Below are positions 34,022 to 45,447 of a stretch of 64,000 nucleotides of DNA, in pieces. Made by a program: the position numbers and the translations under genes. The stretch lies in contig NIVC01001126.1 in assembly GCA_002269645.1 (NCBI GenBank), positions 62,001-126,000 on the forward strand, in the 5' to 3' direction. The stretch is from Macrostomum lignano. Lineage: Eukaryota. Each line of letters begins with the position of its first letter. Within the stretch, counting starts at the first letter, position 1. The notes below the pieces were generated by a model, which was not told where the DNA came from, made no database searches, and saw only the letters and a list, made by a program, of their open reading frames with translations.

Positions 34022-34165
34022 TATTGTAACACGATGTAAATGTGTAAAAGTGTGCATTAAACGCTAAAAGCATTTAATGCACGCTAAAAGCGTGTTTAAA
34101 TGGCTCCTGATCGCGTATTGGCTGGAGTCATTTAATGCATGAGAAATAAATATCGTGTTACAATA
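34022..34165. mobile_element. 144-bp MITE-like element, probable non-autonomous relative of the Crypton
   Basis: 14-bp TIR tattgtaacacgat / atcgtgttacaata with the same attgt...acaat termini as the Crypton. Internal aaaagtgtgcattaa and aaaagcgtg motifs resemble the Crypton subterminal repeats. Confidence 0.55.
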
Positions 34166-34419
34166 CTACTCAATACTTGGTTTTGAGTGCTTAAATGTCT
34201 ATGGCACTCGTGCGCGCTCTCCAGAAAGCGACAATCACATCAATTTTTGATCGCCAAAAATTAACAAGCGTAATCACTGCTGCGATTTCACGAAACTGGA
34301 CGCCACATGGCTGAGCTGACTACTGTATCCACAAGGAACTTCTAATTGATTGTTTCTGAGCTTGCAAAGCATGTGAAAACTTTCCACTCTAGTGTTCTCG
34401 TGTCTTTTTCTTTATTTCG

Positions 34420-34630
34420 ACAATAATAACCTATCATAATTTATTATTACACCTGCCCTAAATAGGGCAAATGGGTAACCGACGGATCATCTGAAGGCTG
34501 CGTGCGGCTGTACCCCAAGGACTGTGGGGGGGGTCACCACACACCCCCAATTACCCCAGTATAATGCCGGTACCCATTTTACAGCTGGGTGAACTAAAGC
34601 AATACAGAGTTAAGTGTCTTTCTCAAGGAC
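34420..34630 (-). mobile_element. 3' half of the CORE-like SINE (tRNA head missing)
   Basis: Reverse complement tttgtgtccttgagaaagacacttaactctgtattgctttagttcacccagctgtaaaatgggtaccggcatt, then an A/T-rich taa-type tail. Confidence 0.75.
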
Positions 34631-34714
34631 ACAAATTTTTCCGAGGGGTCGCTTTGATAAGACCGAAATTTCATAACACCGAAAGACACCTGCCTTCACA
34701 AGACCTCCGGTTTC

Positions 34715-35393
34715 TAAGAGGTCTACGTTCCCTTCCGGTTTCTAATTAAGAGGTCTACGTTCCCTTCCGGTTTCTAAGGGGTCTACGTTCCCTTCTGGTT
34801 TCTAAGGGGTCTACGTTCCCTTCCGGTTTCTAAGGGGTCTACGTTCCCTTCCGGTTTCTAAGGGGTCTACGTTCCCTTCCGGTTTCTAAGGGGTCTACGT
34901 TCCCTTCCGGTTTCTAAGGGGTCTACGTTCCCTTCCGGTTTCTAAGGGGTCTACGTTCCCTTCTGGTTTCTAAGGGGTCTACGTTCCCTTCTGGTTTCTA
35001 AGGGGTCTACGTTCCCTTCCGGTTTCTAAGGGGTCTACGTTCCCTTCTGGTTTCTAAGGGGTCTACGTTCCCTTCTGGTTTCTAAGGGGTCTACGTTCCT
35101 TCCGGTTTCTAAGGGGTCTACGTTCCCTTCTGGTTTCTAAGGGGTCTACGTTCCCTTCCGGTTTCTAAGGGGTCTACGTTCCCTTCTGGTTTCTAAGGGG
35201 TCTACGTTCCCTTCCGGTTTCTAAGGGGTCTACGTTCCCTTCCGGTTTCTAAGAGGTCCACGTTCCCTTCCGGTTTCTAAGAGGTCCACGTTCCCTTCCG
35301 GTTTCTAAGAGGTCCACGTTCCCTTCCGGTTTCTAAGAGGTCCACGTTCCCTTCCGGTTTCTAAGGGGTCTACGTTCCCTTCCGGTTTCTAAG
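34715..35393. repeat. 28-bp minisatellite (tctaaggggtctacgttcccttccggtt), ~24 copies
   Basis: Direct reading. Confidence 0.95.
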
Positions 35394-35754
35394 AAAATCA
35401 AGTGGAAGCGTCCATTTTACTTTAGCTGACCACGCGAAGTGATAGCGTACATATTCTTATAAATTGTATTTGATATGTAAGAGGTGAATTAGTTAAAAGA
35501 CAAGCAAATTACATGTATGCTGATAGGCGAGTCTGTATAGGCGAGTACATATTGTACATGCTTGTATTAACCTTCCTATCTAATTGAATCTCGTGGGTAA
35601 GCGCTGCAATAAATGTTAAATTTAAAACTTTTGTAAGCAAATTAAGATCGTATTTACTGACTACTGGTGATTCTAAAGTAAATTTTCTGTTGTACAGTAA
35701 AGTTTTTGTGTTTCTTTCCAGAACCATGTGAATTTTTTCAAATTATACTGCAGT

Positions 35755-36165
35755 AAGAAATTCCCCGTTCGTACCGTGAGAGTATAGTGAGAAATTCCCC
35801 GTTCGTACCGTGAGAGTATAGTGAGAAATTCCCCGTTCGTACCGGTATATTTAAGAAATTCCCCGTTCGTCTAGTGAGAAATTCCCCGCCCATCTAGTGA
35901 GAAATTCCCTGCCCATTTAGTAAAAAATTCCCTGCTCATCTAGTGAGGAATTCCCCACTCATCTAGTAAGAAATTCACCCGCTAATCTAGTGAGAAATTC
36001 CCTGCCCATCTAGTGAAAAATTCCCCGCCCATCTAGTGAAAAATTCCCCGCTCATCTAGTGAGAAATTCCCCGCTTATCTAGTGAGAAATTCCCTGCTCA
36101 ACTAGTGAAAAATTCCCCGCTTATCTAGTGAGAAATTCCCTGCCCATTTAGTGCGAAATTCCCGA
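35755..36165. repeat. Compound array: three longer gaaattccccgttcgtacc units, then a 23-bp unit (tagtgagaaattccccgcccatc)
   Basis: Direct reading. Confidence 0.9.
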
Positions 36166-36179
36166 GAAAATCAACTCAC

Positions 36180-39100
36180 CACTTCAAAGGGAACCGGCAC
36201 CGCGAAAAACTGCACATTGGGCTGCTGACCTCCCCCGCCGTCCCGTCGGCCGCCTCGCCGTTGCCTCGCCCTGGCGGCTCGCTCCGCCTCCTCGATGTCC
36301 TCCAGTAGGCGGGCTTTCTCGCGTTCTGCTTCCGCGCAGCTGCGTCAATCTTGGAGGGGGGATTGGGATTGAAGCTTAGCATTGTGAATTGGGATCAGCT
36401 GAGTTTTATAACGCTAAGCTGGCACCCTGCTGACATCTTACTTGTTACCCCTAGCTATTCTACTTTACCCCCAATTCGGCACCCTACTGACCCCCAATTC
36501 GGCACCCTACTGACCCCCAATTTACCCCTCTACTGACCCCCAATTCGGCACCCTACAGACCCCAATTCGGCACCCTACTGACCTCCAATTCGGCACCCTA
36601 CTGACCCCAATTCGGCACCCTACTGATCCCCAATTCGGCACCCTACTGACCCCAATTCGGCACCCTACTGACCCCCAATTCGGCACCCTACTGACCCCCA
36701 ATTCGGCACCCTACTGACCCCCAATTCGGCACCCTACTGATCCCCAATTCGGCACCCTACTGACCCCCAATTCGGCACCCTACTGATCCCCAATTCGGCA
36801 CCCTACTGACCCCCAATTCGGCACCCTACTGACCCCCAATTCGGCACCCTACTGATCCCCAATTCGGCACCCTACTGATCCCCAATTCGGCACCCTACTG
36901 ATCCCCAATTCGGCACCCTACTGACCCCCAATTCGGCACTCTACTGACCCCCAATTCGGCACCCTACTGACCCCCAATTCGGCACCCTACTGACCCCCAA
37001 TTCGGCACTCTACTGACCCCCAATTTACCCCTCTACTGACCCCCAATTCGGCACTCTACTGACCCCCAATTCGGCACTCTACTGACCCCCAATTCGGCAC
37101 CCTACTGACCCCAATTCGGCACCTACTGACCCCAATTCGGCACCCTACTGACCCCAATTTTGACACTCTACTGACACCCTATTTGACACCCTGCTGACAC
37201 CTTTATAGTGACATGGCTACCTAAGCTAACTCCTGGAATCCTTCAGCGAGCCACCGCTATTTATTCAGACTGCTACGAGCTACAATGTCACATGCATAAT
37301 TCATTCTGTGCAAAAAGTAATTTTCGATACATATCGCCTCAATACGCCTGCTTCTTCACCTGCTTCTCAAGCGACGCAATCCTGGTCTCGGCCTTGTCCA
37401 GCAGCTGGTACAGCTCCAGCCTCTCCGAGCTCTCCATCCCGTTGCGTCTCTGCTGCTGGCTGGCCTTCACAGCCGTCATCTCGTCTCTCAGCTTCCGGTT
37501 CTCCTCCATCAACGCTTTGGCTTTGGCTTCTTCGTCTCGACCGGCGCCGCTTCGCTGTCTCGCAATAGGCGCTCCATCTTTTCTATGACTTTTCTCCTGC
37601 TTGGCGCAGGCCTCCTCCAGGCTTCGTTGCTTAGCAACCCGTTCCTGCAGTCGTTGAAGCAGCCGCTGCTGAGACTCGTGCGCGCCAGCCAGGCGTTCCA
37701 TGCCGGCCGCTGATTGGTTGCCAGCGATCAGTTCGTTTTGCAGCCGGTGCACTTTGTCCTTGTACTGCTGCAGCTGGGCCACGCTGCCGCGCAGGTTCTG
37801 CCGCAGGCGGCTGCAGATAAATGGCACAATTTGAGTAGGAGGATTTTATAATGCGGAAATAGAAGTGGCAAAACAGCAAATCAGAGAGTTTGTTAACCTG
37901 TGGAAGAGAACGTGAGAGCGTTGATCAGCCTGGCGATTTAATAAGCTTTGGAGAGATTTAAAAAGCTTGGGAGATATTTGATGAGCTTGGGAGAGATTTG
38001 ATAATCTGGGAGAGATTAGATAAGCTTTGAGAGAGTTAATAAGCTTGGAGACTTGAAAAGCTTGGAGAGATTTGATAAGCTTGGAGAGATTTAGATAAGC
38101 TTGGGAGAGATTGATAAGCTTGGGAGAGATTTGATAATCTTGGAGAGATTAGATAAGCTTGGGAGAGATTGATAAGCTTGGAGAGATTTGATAAGCTTGG
38201 AGAGATTAGATAAGCTTGGGAGAGATTTGATAATCTTGAGAGATTAGATAAGTTGGGAGAGATTTGATAAGCTTGGAGAGATTTGATAAGCTTGCAGAGA
38301 TTGATAGAGGCTTGGGAGAGAGCGTGATAAGGATTGAGAGAGAGCGCGAATGAGAATAGAGAGAGCGAGATGAGGAATAGGACGAGAGCGCATTGAGAAT
38401 AGGAGAGAGTGCATGAGAATAGCAAGAAGCGGAATGAGAATAGGAAGAGTGAATGAGAAATAGGAGAGAGCGAATGAGAATAGGAGAGAGTGAATGAGAA
38501 TAGGAGAGAGCGCATGAGAATAGGAGAGAGTGCATGAGAATAGGAGAGAGCGAATGAGAATAGGAGAGAGTGAATGAGAATAGGAGAGAGCGAATGAGAA
38601 TAGGAGAGAGCGAATGAGAATAGGAGAGAGTGAATGAGCATAGGAGAGAGCGAATGAGAATAGGAGAGAGTGAATGAGCATAGGAGAGAGCGAATGAGAA
38701 TAGGAGAGAGCGAATGAGAATAGGAGAGAGTGAATGAGCATAGGAGAGAGCGCATGAGCATGAGAGAGAGTGCATGAGCATAGGAGAGAGTGCATGAGCA
38801 TGAGAGAGAGTGCATGAGCATAGGAGAGAGCGCATGAGCATGAGAGAGAGTGCATGAGCATAGGAGAGAGTGCATGAGCATGGGAGAGAGCGGATGAGCA
38901 TGAGAGAGAGCGCATGAGCATAGGAGAGAGCGGATGAGCATGGGAGAGAGCGGATGAGCATAGGAGAGAGCGGATGAGCATGGGAGGGAGCGGAACTCTC
39001 ACCATAGCGAGCCATGAGCTCAGCCCTGGGAATGCCATCCAGTTCCACGCTGTCCTGAAGAATTTTCGACGCATCCGAATAACTTCCCAGATCCCGTCTG

Positions 39101-39424
39101 AGCGCGGAATTCTCCATCTCCAACTCGCGAACCCGGTCGCGCAGCGAAGGATGTCCTGGCCCATCTTGCGCAGCGCGTCTCTGTACTTTTCGATCTCTCC
39201 CAGCTGGCCATCAAGTTGGGCGATGTAGTCCGGCCCGTTGTTGTGCAGCTTCGGCACCAGCGAGTTGCTCAGCGGGGCTGCGGCCGCGGCTGCGCCTCCG
39301 GGAGGACGCCGGGCTGTGCTAGCTGGACCAGCTGGGAAAATGTAGTCATAGTCGGCGAGGGCCCCGGCTGGTAGGGGCGTCGAACTGCCGACCTCCTCGG
39401 GTAGGTCGCCGTCTGTGATTGGCT
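36180..39424 (-). CDS. CCDC33: CCDC33-like coiled-coil protein, central/C-terminal exons, interrupted by 1-bp indels as assembled
   Basis: Exons 39424-39003, 37810-37360, 36349-36180. Motifs KYRDALRKMGQDIL(S)LRDRVRELEMENSALR, YKDKVHRLQNELI, LEEACAKQEK(VIEKMERLL), LMEENRKLR and LDKAETRIASLEKQ parallel vertebrate CCDC33. Further candidate exons at ~40021-40092 and ~33430-33498 are unresolved. Confidence 0.7.
36470..37200. repeat. 23-bp minisatellite (ccccaattcggcaccctactgac)
   Basis: Direct reading; in a CCDC33-like intron. Confidence 0.95.
37940..38990. repeat. Two abutting ~20-bp minisatellites (gatttgataagcttgggaga; gagagagcgaatgagaatag)
   Basis: Direct reading; they fill one CCDC33-like intron. 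Confidence 0.92.
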
Positions 39425-39444
39425 GTGGGGGTGGGTATTTCGGA

Positions 39445-39990
39445 TTTGGGGCTGTTTGTGGTTCCGAGTTGGTCATTTGGGGTTGTTTGGCTTCCGAGTT
39501 GGTCATTTGGGGCTGTTTGGCTTCCGAGTTGGTCATTTGGGGTTGTTTGTGGTTCCGAGTTGGTCATTTGGGGCTGTTTGTGGTTCCGAGTTGGTCATTT
39601 GGGGTTGTTTGTGGTTCCGAGTTTGTCATTTGGGGTTGTTTGTGGTTCCGAGTTTGTCATTTGGGGTTGTTTGTGGTTCCGAGTTGGTCATTTGGGGTTG
39701 TTTGTGGTTCCGAGTTGGTCATTTGGGGTTGTTTGTGGTTCCGAGTTGGTCATTTGGGATTGTTTGGTTTCCGAGTTGATCATTTGGGATTATTTGTGGT
39801 TCCGAGTTGGTCATTTGAGATTTTAGTTCCAAGTTGATCATTTGAAATGTTTGGCTTCCGAGTTGATCATTTGAAATGTTTGGTTTCCGAGTTGGTCATT
39901 TGAAATGTTTGGTTTCCGAGTTGATCATTTGAAATGTTTGGTTTCCGAGTTGGTCATTTGTGAGTTTTTCGGTTCCGAGTTGGTCATTTG
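39445..39990. repeat. 30-31-bp minisatellite (ttccgagttggtcatttggggttgtttgtgg)
   Basis: Direct reading. Confidence 0.93.
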
Positions 39991-40849
39991 AAGGCAAAGC
40001 AAAAGAAACAATGCACTTACATCGCTGGTATACGGTCTGTAGTACAATGTCGCCATAACCAAAGGATCTGAGTTGAGGATGTGAAAGCAGACTTTTCCTG
40101 CTCAGTACAAACTTTTACTGCTCAATATTAACTCGAAAATATAGTTTAGTGAGAAACCGTTCTAGGAAGAAATTTAAGGTGACAGGGTAAACTAATGAGC
40201 ACAGACATTTCTAGTGGGAGAGCCGCGCTTTTGTGTCGGGCAAGTGCAGAGTAAAAAGATACGGTGGGTGCTATGTGTGCCTTCAACTGTACTCAGCATT
40301 GGTCTCTGAAGCTGAAACTTCTCTTGCTGCTCAAACTTTTCTTACCCCCACTTCATTTTCTCTGACCCTTCCACCCTCATCTCTCTCTACCTTTCTGTTT
40401 ACCTGCGTCTGTGTTCTGTCTCCATTGGCTACTCAATACCCAATTTCATTCCTGCACTTCTTGTGCGCTTGTGTGCCAAGCGAAAAATGCGCTATAGGTG
40501 CAATTTTTTTATTGTAAAGCTATGAGGCATACTCGGAAATAACTTTTTCCTGATTGGAAATACAATATTTGCTATGCCAACGTTGTGAACAATTTGTAAA
40601 TTATCAGTGCTTGAAAAATCTGTCCAAAACCTATTTAAATAAAAAGGAATTTGAACTTTAAAACCCGTTAAATTTTGAAATTTCGAAAATTTTGTGCACA
40701 CTACTTGCGTATAGTTTTTTTCAGTAGTTCTACACGTAAATTAGGCGAATTTTTGCTGGATAGTTTTCGATTGATTTCTTATATTAAGTGTATAATTATA
40801 TTATATAGGAATACTATATAGTTTACTTATGTTCATACACAGTGCATTT

Positions 40850-41455
40850 ATTAGACTGATAGTCATAGACAGTCGATCTCTTAGAAACATGGCCAAAGAA
40901 AATCGATTTCTTAAAATCATGGTCATAGACAATCGATTTCTTAGAATCATGGTCATAGACAATCGATTTCTTAGAATCATGGCCATAGACAATCGATTTC
41001 TTAGAATCATGGTCATAGACAATCGATTTATCAGAATCATGGCCATAGACAATCGATTTCTTAAAATCATGGCCATGGAAAATCGATTTCTTAGAATCTT
41101 GGCCATAGATAATCGATTTCTTAGAATCATGGTCATATACAGTCGATTTCTTAGACTGATATTCATAGACAATCGATTTCTTAGAATCATGGCCATAGAC
41201 AATCGATTTCTTAGAATCATGGCCATAGACAGCCGATTTCTTAGAATCATGGCCATAGATAATCGATTTCTTAGAATCATGGTCATATACAGTCGATTTC
41301 TTAGACTGATATTCATAGACAATCGATTTCTTAGAATCATGGCCATAGACAATCGATTTCTTAGAATCATGGCCATAGACAGCCGATTTCTTAGAATCAT
41401 GGCCATAGAAAATCGATTTCCTAGAATCGTGGCTATAGACAATCGATTTCTTAAA
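40850..41455. repeat. 30-bp minisatellite (gaatcatggccatagacaatcgatttctta) with a duplicated 150-bp block
   Basis: 10-aa periodicity in both ORF frames; the YSRFLRLIFID variant recurs at 150 bp. Confidence 0.93.
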
Positions 41456-41582
41456 ACCGCCATGAAGGTGAAGGGAAGGTGACAGGGTGTGAGATAAGAG
41501 TGAGATGAGAGTTCCCTTCCGGTTTCTAAGAAAATCAAGTGGAAGCGTCCATTTTACTTCAGCTGACCACGCGAAGTGAATG

Positions 41583-42118
41583 AATGAATCTGCCTCTCTG
41601 CTCCCTACTGAATCTGCCTCTCTGCTCCCTACTGAATCTGCCTCTCTGCTCCCTACTGAATCTGCCTCTCTGCTCCCTACTGAATCTGCCTCTCTGCTCC
41701 CTACTGAATCTGCCTCTCCGCTCCCTACTGAATCTGCCTGATCTCCGCTCCCTACTGAATCTGCCTCTCTACTCCCTACTGAATCTGCCTGATCTCCGCT
41801 GCCTACTGAATCTGCCTCTCTGCTCCCTACTGAATCTGCCTCTCTGCTCCCTACTGAATCTGCCTCTCTGCTCCCTACTGAATCTGCCTCTCTGCTCCCT
41901 ACTGAATCTGCCTCTCTGCTCCCTACTGAATATGCCTCTCTGCTCCCTACTGAATCTGCCTCTCTGCTCCCTACTGAATCTGCCTGATCTCCGCTCCCTA
42001 CTGAATCTGCCTCTCCGCTCCCTACTGAATCTGCCTCTCCGCTCCCTACTGAATCTGCCTCTCCGCTCCTTACTGAATCTGCCTGATCTCCGCTCCCTAC
42101 TGAATCTGCCTCTCCGCT
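41583..42118. repeat. 24-bp minisatellite (ctactgaatctgcctctctgctcc) with 27-bp variants
   Basis: Direct reading. Confidence 0.95.
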
Positions 42119-43046
42119 GCCCCGCAGGCGCCCTGGGCCTGTGATCGGGAGTGTCGGTGCGGACTATTTGCGAACTACTTGAACTGGTCACCCAGCTGGT
42201 GCTGGCGGTCCAAGTCAGACTTCAAATCAGAGCCAGAGAGAGCTGGCCGCCAGGCAGACCGCCACCCGCAGAAACGATTCCAACGATAACAATTGCGAAG
42301 AAGAGGCCAGCAAAATGATGCTGGGCTGTGCAGACGCTGGAGAAGCGGCCTTCAGAGTGTGATTCCATTCAGAGCCGTTAGCCGTTTAGCTCTGATACAG
42401 TTCTACACTACATAACCTATGTTATTTCACCTTTAATTGGAATAACATAGCAACCGACAGATGAAATTAATCATTGCCCCATTAAGGCAGGTGTAATCAA
42501 TTATTATAATTTATTATCAGCAATATAAGTCAGCCTAGAAAACTCAGCAAATCCCAGGAGTTAAATAATGCCATTGGCGACTCGGCTGCCCTAAAGTTCG
42601 TCAACCTGGAGAAATCAAATAAAATTATTCGAATAAACCCATGCCCATGTAAGGTCGAATTTGCATCGTGAAAACTTTGACCGGCTTACTCCTTTAAAAC
42701 GGGCTGCTATGAATAATTCTCTATTTCGCCTACTGAAAGTAGCTAAAAGAAATTAAAGCGGTTCGATCCTTTCGCGTGTACAAAAGGTTTGCGACCTTCT
42801 ACAGGTAAACAGAACTTCGAACGCGTATTTTCATTGGTGGGGTGCTGGCCTATTGCGAGTTGCCATCTCGCTTTTGCACTCACAGAGCAGAAGCTCACAG
42901 TCCGGATGTCGCCTCCCCTCCTCGAATTCAAATCCAACCATGGAGCCCCTGCTCCAGCCAGTATCCTGTGTCCCAACCAATGACAGCTCACGCAGCCAGC
43001 GAGCCAAACAGCATAAAAGCATCCCTGATGCAGCACTGGCCTCAAT

Positions 43047-43124
43047 TCCGCTATCTCTATCCGCTATCTCTATCCGCTATCTCTATCCGCTATCTCTATC
43101 CGCTATCTCTATCCGCTATCTCTC
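43047..43124. repeat. 13-bp repeat (tccgctatctcta), ~6 copies, upstream of the lectin start codon
   Basis: Direct reading. Confidence 0.9.
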
Positions 43125-43182
43125 GAACTCGTCAGTGCAACTCAGCTCAGCTCATCTGAATCTCTCTGGCGCCCAGTGAGCC

Positions 43183-43935
43183 ATGAAGACGCTCGGACTC
43201 CAAGCGAGAGTCGCCCTGGTCCTGCTGGCTCTGCAAGCTCCAGCTGCGATGCAGGACGCCTACAACCTGATCACCGGCTACCTGTGCATCAGGAGCGACT
43301 TCATTGAGACTCCAGGTGGCTCAGGGACAAAGTATTTCTGTGCCGCTCTGTGCAGCCACAACCGGCGCTGTCAGGCGTTCAGCCTGGCTGACGGTCCGTG
43401 CCAGCTGTTCGTGTTCGACAAGTGCAGCAAGTCGGTGAGGGACTGCGGCTGCTCCAGGAGAGGCCGGGTGTTTGTGAAGCAGCAGCCGGGACTCGAGGCG
43501 GGCGCGCTGTGTCCGTCTGGCTACGGCGACGACCTGTGCGGAGTGAAGTACAAGGTGTACAACAACACCGGAAACTGGTCGGTGAGCAGACAGAAGTGCG
43601 AGTCGGAGAGCGGCCTGGTGATCATGGCCGACGTGGTGGACGCTACCGAGATGAGCCACGTGGACGAGATTTACGATTTGCGCAGCTCAGGAGAGGCCTT
43701 CTTTCTCGGAGGTTTGCAGCCTGCTGGGAGCGCTGAGCCCGACGGAGGCTGGCACTGGGTCGGCTGCAACATCACCCTAAACGGCAGCCTGTGGGCGAAA
43801 GGAGAGCCCACTGATCCAGGTGGCAAGGAGAATGTTGTCGCCCGCTATCCAGAGATTAAAAATCTGGTTGATATCTTTGAGGCCAATGCCGAGATAACAT
43901 CGGGGCTGTGCGAGTGCGTGTCGCCATTCAACTGA
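43183..43935 (+). CDS. Secreted PAN/apple-like + C-type lectin domain protein, intronless, 250 aa
   Basis: Hydrophobic signal peptide; CAALCSHNRRCQAFSLADGPCQL (PAN-like); WSVSRQKCES, FFLGG, EPDGGWHW, WAKGEPTDPGGKEN and terminal LCE (C-type lectin domain). Confidence 0.8.
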   Translation: MKTLGLQARVALVLLALQAPAAMQDAYNLITGYLCIRSDFIETPGGSGTKYFCAALCSHNRRCQAFSLADGPCQLFVFDKCSKSVRDCGCSRRGRVFVKQQPGLEAGALCPSGYGDDLCGVKYKVYNNTGNWSVSRQKCESESGLVIMADVVDATEMSHVDEIYDLRSSGEAFFLGGLQPAGSAEPDGGWHWVGCNITLNGSLWAKGEPTDPGGKENVVARYPEIKNLVDIFEANAEITSGLCECVSPFN

Positions 43936-44624
43936 CACGGAACAGCTGCAAGCTCGAGCTGGACACCGGATAGCACAGCCATCACAAAAACAATACAAAT
44001 TTCATCTGCCTAGCAACCAAATGGTAACCTAACTGGCAAAAGCAAACTGAGCAGGTGTAACTAATTTTCAGCTAAAATTTCAATTCTGTAAATTTGGCTA
44101 AACCCGACTGGAAGACTGGCCATTCCCTCAAATATACTCTGGATGAACTCCCCTCCTGGCAAATTTTTGAAGCTCGGCTTTGGATTTTTTGTTACACTGT
44201 TTGCCGTTGAAAAGCACAACAGCATTAGCTGTAGCCCTGCTGCATGATCAAGACGGCAAACACAGTTTAGCAACCGCTCAATTTCAATCCTGGTCTGTGT
44301 GGCTGGATCCCTGTAGAAAGCTGCATGTGCAACGGTGCTTGGAAGCTCATCAAATCGATCTACGTGTGCAACAAATTAGCTTTTTTGGATGAAGCGTACA
44401 CATGTAAATGATTAGAAGTTTTTGAAAACTTTTTGGCTTTGTTAGGATTAGGATTGACGCCGAAGGCGTTGAGCCAGAGAGCCGACAGCCCTTTAGCAAA
44501 TTTTAATATCATTAATATTGTTATTATTATTACCACTACCATCATTTCTACAACGAGTTAGCTGCATTGTTTAAAACGGATTACCTCGACTTCCTTGCTC
44601 CTAGGTAAACTTGCTATTTAATGA

Positions 44625-44940
44625 GAGCCAGCTGCAGAGGGGATGTCAGCTACAGAGGGGATGTCAGCTACAGAGGGGATGTCAGCAACAGAGGGGATGT
44701 CAGCTAAAGAGGGGATGCCAGCTGCAGATGGGATGCCAGCTATTGAGGGATGCCAGCTACAGAAGGGATGCCAGCTACAGATGGGATGCCAGCTAAAGAG
44801 GGGGCGTCAGCTACAGAGGGGATGCCAGCTACAGAGGGGATGCCAGCTACAGATGGGATGCCAGCTATAGAGGGATGCCAGCTATAGAGGGGGCGTCAGC
44901 TACAGAGGGGATGTCAGCAACAGAAGGGGCGTCAGCTACT
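44625..44940. repeat. 18-bp minisatellite (ggatgtcagctacagagg)
   Basis: Direct reading. Confidence 0.9.
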
Positions 44941-45447
44941 GAAATAGCAAAGTTTTAACAAAAGATTTCTGGGTTTTGAACAAGCAAAGCAATATTTGTT
45001 TGAACATTTCTTGTTAGTGCAAACACGACTAGAACTGCATGAAATTGCCTTGTCAATATTCTAAAAGCCTATTCTAAGCTTTTTCCTTTTAACTATTTTG
45101 TGACACACTGATTTTACCGTTGAATATCTAATGCTAATGGCTGCATTTCGAGTTGAAAGCCTGTAGGATCTGATTGTTTGTCCATCCAGCTAAATTTATA
45201 TACCTCGTATTTAAGCTTGAATTTTAAAAGTATATATAGTATTACTAACAGTAATATCAGCAGTTTTAAAGACAATTTCAGCTATTCTCTTTTAGAGCGA
45301 AAATGAAAAATTCGTTTTATCAATGGGTGCAAACAAAGGACTTCATTTGTAGGGCCATAGACAAAAGCTCGGAGTCAAAATTAAACCCAAAAATATTCTC
45401 TCTCGTGAATATCTACGATCACGGCGCATCTCAACCATGCAAGCCAT

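Noticed and set aside
38036-42144. Long Ser/Leu/His-rich and repeat ORFs (301, 305, 430, 245, 217, 186 aa)
   Set aside because: Mostly minisatellite translations; only the 39424-39003 portion is a real CCDC33-like exon
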